The position numbers and the translations under genes were made by a program. Shown in pieces: positions 19,079-30,232 of a DNA stretch of 64,000 nt. A model generated the notes under the pieces. The model ran no database searches, had not been told where the DNA came from, and saw only the letters and a program-made list of their open reading frames with translations. Origin of the DNA: an uncultured cyanobacterium (GTDB lineage: Bacteria; Cyanobacteriota; Cyanobacteriia; PCC-9006; JAAUQQ01); the NCBI GenBank assembly GCA_963718615.1, contig OY970368.1:768001-832000 (forward strand), read 5' to 3'. Each line of letters starts with the position of its first letter. Position 1 is the stretch's first letter.

Positions 19079-20782
19079 TCACAGAGGAAAGTCTGATCTC
19101 CAAATGTGAACAGCTCGCTGTGCTAGATACCTTTGCCGTGTAGCGAGTGTATTTGGATTCCATTCTTCAGCCAAAACATCTTTTGTTAGAGTGTAAACAC
19201 TCTGCTGATAAACTGTTCGCTTGATTAGATAAAGCCCATTTCCTACCTGACGATTAAGATGAGGTTCTAAGGGGGTTAGATTTCCAATGCGGTATACCAT
19301 TTCTTCTATTTGGGCATCATTGAAACTTTGCCACCACTCACTACTCGGTGATTCAGGCAAAATGTGTTCAATAGAAAAACTATCTTCATTGACCTCTATA
19401 TTTGACGTATCTGCCTCAAGCTTGAACAAAATATATCGGACTAGTTTCTTCTTTTGCCCTTTTGTGGAAATTGAGAGTAGGGAAAAGTCTTGCAAGAACT
19501 TCTCATCCGAAACATAAATTGAGCGAAGATTATCAAACACCTGTTTAGGATTGGTTATTTCACCATTTACAATCCCGATGGCTACTTTGTTGTAAAGAGT
19601 TTCTAATTCATTGGGATTTAGACGACTAACAACGGTATAACGAAAAGATAATACACACACAAGTTTTAATAGGCGAGTAAAGTTTTCAGGAGAAAACCTC
19701 TCATATGCTGCAAATAGAGTTGGATAGGCTTGCTTTACTCGAAATAACTCAAGTTCGCGAATATAGGGTCGGTTTTCTGAAGCATCACGCCAGAACTCGT
19801 CGTTAGAGTTACTGAGAGCAATAAAAAGACTACCGTAGTTCTCAAGCTGATCGAGCAATTCAAATGCTTGTTGACCATCCTTTACCGATTCACGAACAAC
19901 TTTAAATAGTCGTTCACGTCTCACCCTAGTCTGCTTAAGACTAAGGTAGTAACGAAGAAACTCAGGGAATTTCTCCATTTGAACTGTATTGATAATTCTC
20001 CTCCATTGTCTTTGTGCCTCTTGTAGATCGTCTGGTCCTTGAAACAGAGAAAATAGGTAATTCTTTAGTAAATCGGTTGAACTCAGTTCGATGCCTCTAG
20101 CATTTAACGTCTCAAAGACGGTATAAGCATTTAATTCATCCTCAACATTAATCTGAATAAAAAGGAGTCTTTGAGCAACAGTATCCGTTAAAAACTCAGC
20201 CAACTTTTCCCCATTCTGAACAACGTCTTGAAGCCCCTCTAAATGATGTGAGAAATACTGAAAAGCTTGCCAGAGCAATTGATTGGATTTTGAAAGCGAT
20301 CTAATGTTAAGTGGCTTTCTAAGATTTATCAAATTACTTTGATAAAAATCGTTGTTGTTTTCATTCAAGAGAAGCTTGCTTGAGTAACGAAGAGAGCGTG
20401 GATCTCTATCGCTCAGATAAGTACGCTTGAGAATTTCTTGTCGTTCTTGATTAGCTTCTTTTTGCTCTTCTCGCTCTACTAATTTTTGAATCTTATCAAT
20501 AACAGCGATAGCAATAATACTGAGAGTGGCTAACCGTTGTTGTCCATCTATGATCGTAAACGCTTTGTCTGAAGTACTAGAGCTTTGTAGGACAAGTGCG
20601 CCCATGTAGTGACTAGAATCAGAGTTTACGTGGAGTACTAAAATATCCTGCCAAAGATCCTCCCAGTTTTCCTCATTCCAAGAGTAATCACGCTGGAAAG
20701 GCGGCACTCGATAAATCTTGCCATTGCCGATCAAATCGCCGAAACTGTTAGTGCGCGTGTCCAACAGATTAATTCGAGCCAT
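19079..20782 (-). CDS. GmrSD-family type IV restriction endonuclease (DUF262 + DUF1524/HNH)
   Basis: VPPFQRDYSW, IIDGQQRL, VFETLNARG, SIEHILP, IGNLTPL. Confidence 0.92.
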   Translation of the reverse strand: MARINLLDTRTNSFGDLIGNGKIYRVPPFQRDYSWNEENWEDLWQDILVLHVNSDSSHYMGALVLQSSSTSDKAFTIIDGQQRLATLSIIAIAVIDKIQKLVEREEQKEANQERQEILKRTYLSDRDPRSLRYSSKLLLNENNNDFYQSNLINLRKPLNIRSLSKSNQLLWQAFQYFSHHLEGLQDVVQNGEKLAEFLTDTVAQRLLFIQINVEDELNAYTVFETLNARGIELSSTDLLKNYLFSLFQGPDDLQEAQRQWRRIINTVQMEKFPEFLRYYLSLKQTRVRRERLFKVVRESVKDGQQAFELLDQLENYGSLFIALSNSNDEFWRDASENRPYIRELELFRVKQAYPTLFAAYERFSPENFTRLLKLVCVLSFRYTVVSRLNPNELETLYNKVAIGIVNGEITNPKQVFDNLRSIYVSDEKFLQDFSLLSISTKGQKKKLVRYILFKLEADTSNIEVNEDSFSIEHILPESPSSEWWQSFNDAQIEEMVYRIGNLTPLEPHLNRQVGNGLYLIKRTVYQQSVYTLTKDVLAEEWNPNTLATRQRYLAQRAVHIWRSDFPL

Positions 20783-21020
20783 AAGTCAGGATGAGTGAAC
20801 TAGTTCCAATCTCTAAGGTATCAGGAGCTAGTCTATTTGGTGTAGCTGAACTCCCGACAGGCCAATCGGGATAGGGGTCGCCTTCACAGACTCCTCCTCC
20901 TAACTGCTAGACAAACTGATAGCCCTTCTTCTTGTAGCCCTGGACCTTCATCCACAGGTTATGAATCGATAGCAATCCCTATAGTCAGTCCATCATGTCC
21001 CGCTAGTATCGTGCAATTTG

Positions 21021-21254
21021 CTAACGAATGGGGGCTAGGCTTTGGGTCGGCTGCGGATCCCCCCCAAAGCCCAGCCACTGGCCAAATAGCTCAAATACCT
21101 GATTCGGACCAATTCCGAAAAACGTCAACAGCAAAAAGATAGCCGCCACCAACAGCGCCGTTTTAATCGTTGTTTTGACAATTTTGAGCAAAAACGTAAA
21201 CACGAGCCAAGCAATCAGAATGGCACCGATGACAAGAATTGCAGTTTCCATCAC
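21021..21254 (-). CDS. Small membrane protein (2 TM)
   Basis: Hydrophobic 77-aa ORF with GGAG RBS directly after dxr. Confidence 0.75.
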   Translation of the reverse strand: MMETAILVIGAILIAWLVFTFLLKIVKTTIKTALLVAAIFLLLTFFGIGPNQVFELFGQWLGFGGDPQPTQSLAPIR

Positions 21255-21286
21255 TCCTCCGGTTTTTGGGTTTGGTTCTCTATCGC

Positions 21287-22507
21287 TTAAACGCTCAAAA
21301 TGGGTTGTTTCTCTAAGGCATTACTCGCTTCCAAAACCGCTTGGCGAGCCCAGGTGTCCGCTTCCAAAATATCATCGAGACTCGGGTTGGCGTTATTGTT
21401 GTTGCGGTGGCGATCGCACACCTGCTCAATCACCCGAGGAATCTCCAAAAACTGAATTTGTTCCTCAATAAACAACGCTACCGCCTGCTCATTGGCCGCA
21501 TTCAACACCGCCGTCATCGAGCCTCCCGCCCGACCCGCCGCATAGGCCAAATCCATACAGGGATATTTGGCATGGTCCGGCTCTCGGAAGGTTAAACTCC
21601 CGGCTTTCACCAAATCCAACGGCTCCCAATTTGTATAAATTCGCTCCGGCCAAGACAGGGCATAAAGCAAGGGCAGACGCATATCCGGCCAGCCGAGCTG
21701 AGCCAGCATCGACGTATCCTGCATTTCGATCAGCGAATGGATAATGCTTTGGGGATGGATGACAATATCGATTTGGTCGTAGTCCAGGCCAAACAAATAG
21801 TGCGCTTCGATCACCTCCAAACCCTTATTCATCAGTGTGGCAGAATCCACGGTGATTTTTTTACCCATGGACCAGTTCGGATGCTTCAGCGCATCGGCCA
21901 CCGTCACCTCCGGCAGCCGTTCCACCGGCCAATCCCGAAAGGCTCCACCGGAAGCCGTCAGCAAAATCCGCCGCAGCCCCACATCCGGACGACCGACGAC
22001 AAAGTCTTTTCCGTGGGACAGACCCTGGATGCATTGAAAAATCGCCGAATGCTCCGAATCCGCCGGAGTAATGCGGATGCCATGTTCCTGGGCCAGAGGC
22101 AACACCACGGGGCCACCGGCAATCAGCGTTTCTTTGTTGGCGAGCGCAATATCCTTTCCAGCCTTGATCGCAGCCAGGGTGGGCAACAGTCCGGCACAAC
22201 CCACAATCCCCGTGACAACGGCTTCCGCATCGCCGTAGGCCGCCACTTCGCACATGCCCTCGGGTCCAGCGCAGAGCAGGGGCTGGGGGGTGACATCGGC
22301 GATCGCCTCCTTCAGCAGCGGTAGATCCTCGGGGCGGGCGATCGCCACAATCTCCGGCTTAAACTGACGAATCTGCTGGGCAATCAACTCAAGATTTCGC
22401 CCCGCCGCCATCCCAACAATCCGAAACTGGTCCGGATGATCCTGCACGATATCAAGGGTCTGGGTCCCGATGGAGCCGGTGGAGCCGAGGAGGGTGATTG
22501 CTTTCAC
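21287..22507 (-). CDS. dxr: 1-deoxy-D-xylulose-5-phosphate reductoisomerase
   Basis: [45 protein letters not shown]. Confidence 0.98.
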   Translation of the reverse strand: MKAITLLGSTGSIGTQTLDIVQDHPDQFRIVGMAAGRNLELIAQQIRQFKPEIVAIARPEDLPLLKEAIADVTPQPLLCAGPEGMCEVAAYGDAEAVVTGIVGCAGLLPTLAAIKAGKDIALANKETLIAGGPVVLPLAQEHGIRITPADSEHSAIFQCIQGLSHGKDFVVGRPDVGLRRILLTASGGAFRDWPVERLPEVTVADALKHPNWSMGKKITVDSATLMNKGLEVIEAHYLFGLDYDQIDIVIHPQSIIHSLIEMQDTSMLAQLGWPDMRLPLLYALSWPERIYTNWEPLDLVKAGSLTFREPDHAKYPCMDLAYAAGRAGGSMTAVLNAANEQAVALFIEEQIQFLEIPRVIEQVCDRHRNNNNANPSLDDILEADTWARQAVLEASNALEKQPILSV

Positions 22508-22527
22508 AGCCGTCTAGGATAGGGATT

Positions 22528-25500
22528 TCAAAATTTCCTCAACATCATACGCCACCGTGCTCCGGTGCGGCGTTTGGGATTCAGGCCAAAGAGATCATGG
22601 AGCAACAGGTAAAAGCAAGGAATAATAAACAGCGTCAACAGCGTTGCCAGGGACAGCCCTGAAAACACCACAATGCCTAAGGGTTGCAAAAACTCCGAGC
22701 CTTCACCAATTCCGAGGGCTAGGGGAAACATGCCTAACACCGTTGTGATCGTGGTCATCAATACCGGGCGCAACCGTTGGGGGGCCGCTTGGAGGATGGC
22801 CGTGCGGCGATCGCACCCCTCCCGCTCCCGCAGTTGATTCGCCAGCTCGACCATAATAATCGCGTTATTCACCACAATTCCGACCAACAGCACCACCCCC
22901 ACAATCACCGTTGCGCCGATCGCCGTTTGGGTCACATAGAGCCCTAATAATCCCCCCGCCAACGCCAAGGGAATCGTAAAAATAATCACCAGCGGATCCA
23001 CCAAGGAATTGTATTGAACCGCCATCACCACAAACACCAAAAACACCGCTAAACCGCCCAAGACCTTGAGAGAATCCTGCAATTGGCGATTGGCCTCAGC
23101 GGAGGCGCTGGGCAAGCGCGAAACCCCCTCGGGCAAGTCGATATTGGCAAAGGCGGCTTCGACTTCTGCCAATGCCGTCCCCAGGCTGGCTCCTTCGCTC
23201 AACGACCCCGCAATCAAAAAGACCTGGCGTTGATTAATCCGCTGAAGTTCGCTGGGGGCCTGTCCATCTTCGATCTGGGCAATGTCCTTCAAGCGGATTT
23301 GACGACCCCCGTTGACAAAGAGCGGCAGTTGATTGAGCTGAGAGGGCTGGGCGATCGCCGTTTCGTCCAATTCCACCCGCACATTCACCAAGCGATTGCC
23401 CCGCTGAAGTTGTGTCGGCACCGAACCGGTAATCGCCGTTGCAATCGTATCGCCAATCTCCTGGGCGTTGAGTCCCACCGCCGCGACTCGCTCCCAGTCT
23501 GGACGAATTTGGATCTCAGGCTGACGGGGGTCTGCATCGGGACGAAACCGAGCCGATCGCACCTGCTCACTCAAAACGCTTAAACTCTCACGTCCCGCCT
23601 GGGCAAGGGTTTGGGCATCATCTCCCTGCAAAATGATATCCACCTCTGCACCGCGTACAGGGGAGTTGTTGGTAATCAGGCCGCGCACTTCGCCGGGACG
23701 CAGTCGCAATGAAATATCAACCAAATTGAGTTGGTCAAAGGCTTTTGTCACCCGTTCGATATAGGCTTCCACATCGGTACCTGGTTTGAGCGTAATCGTG
23801 CTACTAGACCGCAGGGGATTTTCGCTAGTGTTCGAGCCAAACAGAAATCCTCCGGTGGTGGTAAAGGCATATTCGGTTTCCGGTTGCTGCTGCAAGATAT
23901 CATCGACGAGGGCCATGACCTGATAGTTGCTTTCCAGGGGCGTTCCCGGTGGAAACTGAGCAATGAGCTGGGCTTGGCCCGTATTGATCCGGGGCAGGAT
24001 TTCCTGGGGAAGTTGGCCCATCATCCAAGCACTGCCACTGCCAAAGATGAGGAGAGCTGCTGCAATCATCCAAAGCCGTTGGTGGAGGACCTGGGCGAGT
24101 AATCGTCGGTAGGCTATCGTGGCAGCCGCAAAGCGTTGATTAAACACTCGCAACAGCCAAAAGTTCGTAAGGCCGCTCGACCTCTGAATCGCCAGCAACC
24201 GCGACGTAGCCATGGGAACCACGGTCACCGCGATCAAAATCGAAGCCGCCACCGCAAAACTAATCGTTAAAATGAGTTCCTTAAACAACAGCGAAATAAA
24301 CCCACCAATCAACAGAAACGGCAACACCGCCACCAAGTTCGTACTCGTGGACGCAATCAGCGCCGATTCCACCTCCTTAGCACTCCGTTCCGATTGGCCG
24401 AGCAACTGCTGGGCGCTCAGCCCGGTCCGCGCATCTTTGCCAGGGGTCATGCCTGCGCCTTCGGCGATATTCTCTAACATGACGATCGAGTTATCGACAA
24501 CAATCCCAACCCCGAGGGCTAAGCCCCCCAGGCTAAAGACGTTGATCGATAGACCAAATAGCCCCATCAAGATAATCGCCGCCAGAGTCGCTAAGGGAAT
24601 GGCAATCACAATAATCAGGGTTTGGCGGATAGAGCCGAGGAATAGGAGAACGGCGATCGCCGCCAAAGCCGTCCCAGTCAACCCCGAGGTGATCACCGTA
24701 GAAATAGAATTGCGAATAAACTTGGACTCATCGGAGGTCGGGGTCAAAATCGCATCCGCCGGAATCACCCCAGCGGTCCGCAGTTCTTCAATGCGTTTCT
24801 TCACCCCATCCACCACCTCCACCGTATTGGCGTCTGGCTGTTTTTGAATACTCAGCTTGACCGCCGGTTGCCGATTCAACGAAACGAACACCCGCTGATT
24901 TTCGCTGCCATCTAAGACCTGGGCCACATCTCGTAAATAGACCTGCCCATTGGCAGAAGTTGCTGTCGTGGTTGATGTTGTAATAGGTGTTGCAGTTGAT
25001 GCCGATCCACTGGCTCGACCCACCGCCAACGGCAAATTCCGAATTTCGTCCGTATCCTGAAACTGGCCTCGGGTCCGCACCAACGGTTCCGTCAGGCTCC
25101 CCTGAATGCGCCCCCCCGAAACATCCTGATTGCGTTCTCGTAGGCCATTGAGAATATCCGTCAAGCCAATGCCTAGGGCCTGTAGCCGATTGAAATCGAC
25201 CACTACTCGAACTTCCTCATTGGCCGCCCCACTGACATCAATTGCCGACACCCCCGGTACCACCCGCAGCTCCCGCGCCAAGGTTTCGTCCGCAAAGACC
25301 CGCAGGGCTTCGCCCTCAAGCTGCGGTGACGTTAGCGCCAGTTCGTAAATCGGCGACTGGGACGGATCTACCTTAAATAAACGAGGCTGTTCTAAGGTAT
25401 CCGGCAACGATCCCCGCGCCCGGTTCAACGACGCCGTGGCTTCATTTAACGCTTGGTCAATGTCGCCCCCCGGTCGGAAAAACAGATCAAGGCTGATGCG

Positions 25501-25788
25501 ACCCTCACGGGTTTGGGAATAAATTTGAACAACTCCCTCCGTCGACGCCAACGCTTCTTCCAGCGGACGGGTAATTTCATCCACAGCCACCTCCGGCGAA
25601 ACGCCAGGCGCACTCACCCGCACCCCAATGCGAGGATAGGTAATTGAAGGCAGCAAGTCCACCTGCAGCGTTGACACCACAAATAGACCAATGACGATCA
25701 CCGCCAGGGTCAACATCAAAGTGCCAATGTGTTGCCGGATAGAGAGTCCGCTGAGGCTAAATCCAGTTTTAGCAGTCGTCTGAGTCAT
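22528..25788 (-). CDS. RND efflux transporter permease (AcrB/D/F family)
   Basis: GIVVDNSIVMLEN, GIVVNNAI, RLRPVLMT; 1086 aa. Confidence 0.96.
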   Translation of the reverse strand: MTQTTAKTGFSLSGLSIRQHIGTLMLTLAVIVIGLFVVSTLQVDLLPSITYPRIGVRVSAPGVSPEVAVDEITRPLEEALASTEGVVQIYSQTREGRISLDLFFRPGGDIDQALNEATASLNRARGSLPDTLEQPRLFKVDPSQSPIYELALTSPQLEGEALRVFADETLARELRVVPGVSAIDVSGAANEEVRVVVDFNRLQALGIGLTDILNGLRERNQDVSGGRIQGSLTEPLVRTRGQFQDTDEIRNLPLAVGRASGSASTATPITTSTTTATSANGQVYLRDVAQVLDGSENQRVFVSLNRQPAVKLSIQKQPDANTVEVVDGVKKRIEELRTAGVIPADAILTPTSDESKFIRNSISTVITSGLTGTALAAIAVLLFLGSIRQTLIIVIAIPLATLAAIILMGLFGLSINVFSLGGLALGVGIVVDNSIVMLENIAEGAGMTPGKDARTGLSAQQLLGQSERSAKEVESALIASTSTNLVAVLPFLLIGGFISLLFKELILTISFAVAASILIAVTVVPMATSRLLAIQRSSGLTNFWLLRVFNQRFAAATIAYRRLLAQVLHQRLWMIAAALLIFGSGSAWMMGQLPQEILPRINTGQAQLIAQFPPGTPLESNYQVMALVDDILQQQPETEYAFTTTGGFLFGSNTSENPLRSSSTITLKPGTDVEAYIERVTKAFDQLNLVDISLRLRPGEVRGLITNNSPVRGAEVDIILQGDDAQTLAQAGRESLSVLSEQVRSARFRPDADPRQPEIQIRPDWERVAAVGLNAQEIGDTIATAITGSVPTQLQRGNRLVNVRVELDETAIAQPSQLNQLPLFVNGGRQIRLKDIAQIEDGQAPSELQRINQRQVFLIAGSLSEGASLGTALAEVEAAFANIDLPEGVSRLPSASAEANRQLQDSLKVLGGLAVFLVFVVMAVQYNSLVDPLVIIFTIPLALAGGLLGLYVTQTAIGATVIVGVVLLVGIVVNNAIIMVELANQLREREGCDRRTAILQAAPQRLRPVLMTTITTVLGMFPLALGIGEGSEFLQPLGIVVFSGLSLATLLTLFIIPCFYLLLHDLFGLNPKRRTGARWRMMLRKF

Positions 25789-27311
25789 TTTGCAGCTCCC
25801 TTGGGGGGTGTTTCAGACAAAACGCTCAAGTTGACGGGATCACCCGCCTTGAGCGGCCCACTACTGCGGGCAATAAAAAACTCGCCGGGATTGAGCCCAG
25901 CCAAAATTTCAACCTGACCATTGGCCTGCTGACCCAGGGTGACGGCACGGGCCTCAACGCGGGGCGATGGGCCTTGCTCCAGCAGCACAAACAGGGTGGC
26001 TTTTCCTTCGGACTGAGCTTGCAGCGCCGTTTCGGGTACAACCACTTGGGCCGTTTCCGGGGAAAACGTTACCCGTGCCAAAAGACCGCTGCCAATCTGG
26101 CCATTGGGGTTGGGAATCGTAATTTCGATGGGTAATAACCGCGCTTGGGGATCGGCGGCGGGCGAAATTCGGCTAATCTGCCCCGCAAAGGTTTGATTGG
26201 GCAACGCATCCAGCGTCACCTGGGTGGACTGCCCCACCTGTAAATTCCCAAGCTCTAGTTCAGACACTTCAACCAAAATTTTGACCTGACTAAAATCCCC
26301 TAATTTAAGAATTTCGCTGCCGGGTTGAACCAAATTTCCCGGTTCCGTAACGCGCTCCAGAACGAGTCCATTAATTGGGGAAAACACCGTGCTGTAGGAG
26401 CGCCGCTCCTGGGCTTGGCCGAGGGCGGCCTGACGAGCGGCCAACTGGCCTTGAGCTGCGGTAATGCTTTGCTGTTCAATTTCAACTTGTGACTGGGCAG
26501 ATTGCACAACCTGCTGGGCAAGTTTGGCCTCGGTTTGGGCCTGGGCAATTTCCTGACTGGCCTGGGCCTGCTGGTCGAGGAGAGTTTGACGGGCTTGGCT
26601 GGCGGTGGTGCGGGCCTGTTCGGCCTGCTGCTGGGGCACCGCGCCTTGGCGGGCTAGGGTTTCTAGACGGGTGGCGTCGCTTGTGGTTTGCTGAACCCGC
26701 AGCCGCGCCTCTTCGATGCGGGCGTTCCAGACATTTTGTAAGCGGGTGATGTTGCCCTGGGCCTGCTGGAGCGACAGGCGCGCCTGCTCAACATCGGTGC
26801 GGGCATTGCCGACGCGGCTGCGGGCTGTCACCACGGCGGACTGCTGCGCGGCCCATTCGGCCTCCGCTTGATTGACAGCCCCTGCGAGCAAATTGTCATC
26901 TAAGCGGGCTAGGGTTTGTCCTTTTTTGACGGGATCGCCAATGTCCACCGGCAGGTCGAGGAGTTGGCCTTCGGCCCTGGCCCGCAGTGAAACTTCCTGC
27001 ACAGGACGGGTGGTGCCGGTGTATTCGATGGGGGGGCGGAGGGTGTCTTGACGGGCGATCGCCACATCCACCGCCATTGGCCCTTCTCTTGACTTTCCCT
27101 TGGTTTTTGGGGTCTGACTGCCTGCCCCTCCAGGCGGGGCCTGCGCTTCTACTTCTCTACCGGGAAGCAGATCACAACTGGTCAGGGTGATGAGCAAAAT
27201 AGCACCAAGCACCCCGCCCCCAATCCGCTGAATTCGCCTAAAAGCGATCCATCCAGATCGCATTTTTCTGGTCCTAACCCACTGTGGGACAGCCTGTGTG
27301 ACAGCGTTCAT
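25785..27311 (-). CDS. RND periplasmic adaptor (membrane fusion protein)
   Basis: Lipobox LTSC, GDPVKKGQTLARLD, long coiled coil, SPINGLV. Start uncertain. Confidence 0.92.
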   Translation of the reverse strand: MNAVTQAVPQWVRTRKMRSGWIAFRRIQRIGGGVLGAILLITLTSCDLLPGREVEAQAPPGGAGSQTPKTKGKSREGPMAVDVAIARQDTLRPPIEYTGTTRPVQEVSLRARAEGQLLDLPVDIGDPVKKGQTLARLDDNLLAGAVNQAEAEWAAQQSAVVTARSRVGNARTDVEQARLSLQQAQGNITRLQNVWNARIEEARLRVQQTTSDATRLETLARQGAVPQQQAEQARTTASQARQTLLDQQAQASQEIAQAQTEAKLAQQVVQSAQSQVEIEQQSITAAQGQLAARQAALGQAQERRSYSTVFSPINGLVLERVTEPGNLVQPGSEILKLGDFSQVKILVEVSELELGNLQVGQSTQVTLDALPNQTFAGQISRISPAADPQARLLPIEITIPNPNGQIGSGLLARVTFSPETAQVVVPETALQAQSEGKATLFVLLEQGPSPRVEARAVTLGQQANGQVEILAGLNPGEFFIARSSGPLKAGDPVNLSVLSETPPKGAAK

Positions 27312-27361
27312 AAGCCGCTCGCGCTTCAAAAAAATATCGAAAAAGGGGCCTAGGCCGTCTA

Positions 27362-27386
27362 TAGTTAGATACACTAACAGTTAGAC
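27362..27386. promoter_or_regulatory. Probable MarR operator (GTTAG-N5-CTAAC with overlapping CTAAC-A-GTTAG)
   Basis: Palindromes between the divergent marR and pump genes. Confidence 0.55.
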
Positions 27387-27442
27387 AAAAAAACTATTTT
27401 CAGTCAAGTCGATTTGTGGTGAATGGGTGAAATAGGGCGATT

Positions 27443-27880
27443 ATGTCAAAGACCACCGCAGAAGATTGTGCTACTGAGGTGATAGAAGCCATTCCGGTGG
27501 TGATGCAATTTATCCGTGCAGAAATGCGTCGTCAGGGGGCTCAGGTTTTGTCGGTTCCCCAGTTTCGGGCACTGCGTTTTTTTAGTCAGTATTCAGGGGC
27601 TTCCTTGTCAGAGTTGGCGGAGCATCTTGGGGTGACTCGTGCTACGGCTTCTGCGATTGTGGAACGGCTGGTTCGTCGGGCGCTAGTGAATCGCTCAGAG
27701 CATCCCCAGGAACGACGGCGCAACTGGCATACCCTAACGCCCGAAGGGGCTCAATTGCTGCAGGATGCCCGTCGTGCTGCCCGTCAAAGTATGGTAGTGG
27801 CGTTGGGTGAATTGTCTGAATCTCAACTTCAGCAAATTACAGCGGGGGCGCTGCTGCTGAAGGGCGTGTTTAAGGATTGA
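27443..27880 (+). CDS. MarR family transcriptional regulator
   Basis: LSVPQFRAL, SLSELAEHLGVTRATAS, ERR...LTPEG. Confidence 0.93.
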   Translation: MSKTTAEDCATEVIEAIPVVMQFIRAEMRRQGAQVLSVPQFRALRFFSQYSGASLSELAEHLGVTRATASAIVERLVRRALVNRSEHPQERRRNWHTLTPEGAQLLQDARRAARQSMVVALGELSESQLQQITAGALLLKGVFKD

Positions 27881-27913
27881 ATAATTGGCTGAAACCGCTA
27901 GATCAAACCGTTT

Positions 27914-28399
27914 TTATTGATATTCAATGGCATGCCGCTGTAAACAAAGCGCCAGGGTTTGGTGCATGGCCTGCCGCTGGAACTCCCGCCATTGTTCCTC
28001 TAGATCATTGTCATCGAGAAAATCCAAAACCCGTTGGGAAACCCGATGATGGTGCTGCAAAATCGCGGTGAATTGCGATCGCACCTCTCCCCCCTCCAGG
28101 GTTTCACAAAATCCCTGCAACAACACCGCCTCATCCCGCACCCCCGGCGAGGGCAATGGCACCCAGTCATCTGATGTTAAAACTTCGCGAATTTCATCAA
28201 TGATTTCAACCTCAATCTCCGGCAGCATATCATCATGGACTTCGCTCAGGATCGTAATCTCTTCCTCTGGGATTGTCTGTAGCCGTCCCGTTGGCTTGTG
28301 CAAATAGACTGTTTCATCGGAGGTGGCAAGGCTTAATTCATCGAGAATGGTTTTGAGTAGAATCGGTTGAGCATTGGACACAGGAAGGGGTTCTTTCAT
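27914..28399 (-). CDS. UPF0158-like acidic protein
   Basis: YLHKPTG, WVPLPS, LEEQWREF pattern. Confidence 0.65.
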   Translation of the reverse strand: MKEPLPVSNAQPILLKTILDELSLATSDETVYLHKPTGRLQTIPEEEITILSEVHDDMLPEIEVEIIDEIREVLTSDDWVPLPSPGVRDEAVLLQGFCETLEGGEVRSQFTAILQHHHRVSQRVLDFLDDNDLEEQWREFQRQAMHQTLALCLQRHAIEYQ

Positions 28400-28411
28400 G
28401 GGGATTCGTAA

Positions 28412-30058
28412 TTAAACTAAAGCAGGAGCGGTGAAATGTTCTAACGCAATGGTCAAGTGTTTTTTTAAGGTTTCGTCGGGCAGTGGCCCCTGCAAATGGT
28501 GCCAGGGCAGGACCTGATCCGTAGACCAATCTTGATGGACATAGTAATCCAAATTAGGCAGTTGGCCCCGCAAGTCCTTAAAGGCGCGTTTGTAGCTGCC
28601 GAGGGAATCGCCGTAGTCTCGGACCCGTTCGAGTAGGGGGGCTAGACGGCGATCGCCCCGCGAAATCAACGCCTGAATCACCGACCAGCTATAGCTCTCG
28701 GGCCGAAAGTCAATGCCCTGGGGACGCAATCGTTTTTGCAACTGTTTGAGCCGTTTTTCCGCCTGAGCATCTACCCCCCGCCACTGAAACGGCGTATGGG
28801 CCTTGGGCACGAACGTGCTGCACCCAAACGTCAGTCGCAGCCCTGGTGCAGATTTTTTCAGGCTGATCAGCAAATCCGCCGTTGCGTCTAAATCTTCCGC
28901 CCCTTCTCCCGGTACTCCCGCCATGCCATAGAGCTTGAGTCCACTTAATCCTCCAGCTTTTGCGTTAACCGCCGCCTGACGGATTTCGTCGTTGCTCAGC
29001 TTTTTGTTGACAATCTGGCGCACCCGTTCCGAGCCGCTCTCAATGGCGATCGTCAGGGATTTTGTTCCCCGCTGCGCCAGGGTCCGCGCCAAGGTTTCCG
29101 TCACCGTATTCGTCCGGACCGAGGCAATGCTGAGTCGCACATCCTCGTATTGGGACTGGTTCAAATAGTCGAGTAACGCTTCAAACTCCGGGTGCTGGGT
29201 GACCGAGGCTCCGAGTAAGCCAATGCGGTTGGTGACCTTGAGGCCCTGGGCGATCGCCGGAATCAGCGACTCCTCCAAACTAGCCGTCCGGAAGGGCAAT
29301 GTCAGATAGCTGGCCAAGCAAAACCGACACATCTCTGGACAACTGCGCACCACCTCCACCATAAAAATATTTTCCCAAGCCGCCCGCTCGGTGACGACCG
29401 TTGAAGCAGACAGCCGGTTACCGCGATAGGTTTGTTTGGCAATCTGGGCGGGGATGTCGGGGTCGATGGGGGTGATGGCCGCGATCGCCCCTTCCCCATC
29501 CTCGTAGGTCACGGCATACAAACTGGGTACGTAAATCCCCGGCACCTGGGCCAGACGTTTGAGCTGGGTTTGCCGCTCTTGGTGGCGCACTTCCTGGTAG
29601 GCATCGATAAAAGGATGGAGGACGACTTCCCCATCTCCGACCAGGATGACATCAAAAAACTCGGCAAAGGGTTCTGGGTTGGCGGTAAGGACGGGGCCAC
29701 CGCCGAAGATGAGGGGATAGGGCGTGGAAGACTGGAGGCGATCGCCACTGCGCAGCGGGATTCCCAGAGAGTCCAAAAGCTGAAAAATATTGACATAGTC
29801 CAACTCCCAAGACACCGAAAACCCCAGCAGTTCGGGCTGTGTTGGCAGGGGCTCGTGGAGGTCGGTAAACAATCGAGAGACGTCCAGATCGCTCCGACGG
29901 GCCAGCGTGGCCCAGACGACTTGGTAGCCAAGGCTCGTGATCCCCACGGTGTATTCATTGGGAAAGGCAAAAACCAGCGGCACCGCTCCCGCCTGGGGGG
30001 GGGCGGGCTCAAAGAGCAATCGCTCCTCTGCAAATACCGTTCCAGCAACCGTTGTCAC
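28412..30058 (-). CDS. B12-binding-like radical SAM protein
   Basis: FPNEYTVGITSLG, CPEMCRFC, FVPKAHTPFQW. Confidence 0.9.
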   Translation of the reverse strand: MTTVAGTVFAEERLLFEPAPPQAGAVPLVFAFPNEYTVGITSLGYQVVWATLARRSDLDVSRLFTDLHEPLPTQPELLGFSVSWELDYVNIFQLLDSLGIPLRSGDRLQSSTPYPLIFGGGPVLTANPEPFAEFFDVILVGDGEVVLHPFIDAYQEVRHQERQTQLKRLAQVPGIYVPSLYAVTYEDGEGAIAAITPIDPDIPAQIAKQTYRGNRLSASTVVTERAAWENIFMVEVVRSCPEMCRFCLASYLTLPFRTASLEESLIPAIAQGLKVTNRIGLLGASVTQHPEFEALLDYLNQSQYEDVRLSIASVRTNTVTETLARTLAQRGTKSLTIAIESGSERVRQIVNKKLSNDEIRQAAVNAKAGGLSGLKLYGMAGVPGEGAEDLDATADLLISLKKSAPGLRLTFGCSTFVPKAHTPFQWRGVDAQAEKRLKQLQKRLRPQGIDFRPESYSWSVIQALISRGDRRLAPLLERVRDYGDSLGSYKRAFKDLRGQLPNLDYYVHQDWSTDQVLPWHHLQGPLPDETLKKHLTIALEHFTAPALV

Positions 30059-30232
30059 AGATTCTTTTTTCCTGATCCGACTTCCTCACTGTAAGGGTAA
30101 AGCTGGGCGATCGGGGGGGTGTGCTTTGAGATTTCTGCGATCGTTTGGGGGGGCGGAAACCGGCAATGCATCACTCCACGGGATTTACAATAGCCTAATC
30201 TAAGTACAGCTTGATGGGAGAGCGGGGAAGCC

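Noticed and set aside
20898-20904. TCCTAAC as the attC of a GmrSD cassette
   Set aside because: Not complementary to GTTAGCC, and no L boxes or R' follow.
27364-27384. GTTAG/CTAAC motifs as an att site
   Set aside because: Arrangement and position fit a MarR operator better.
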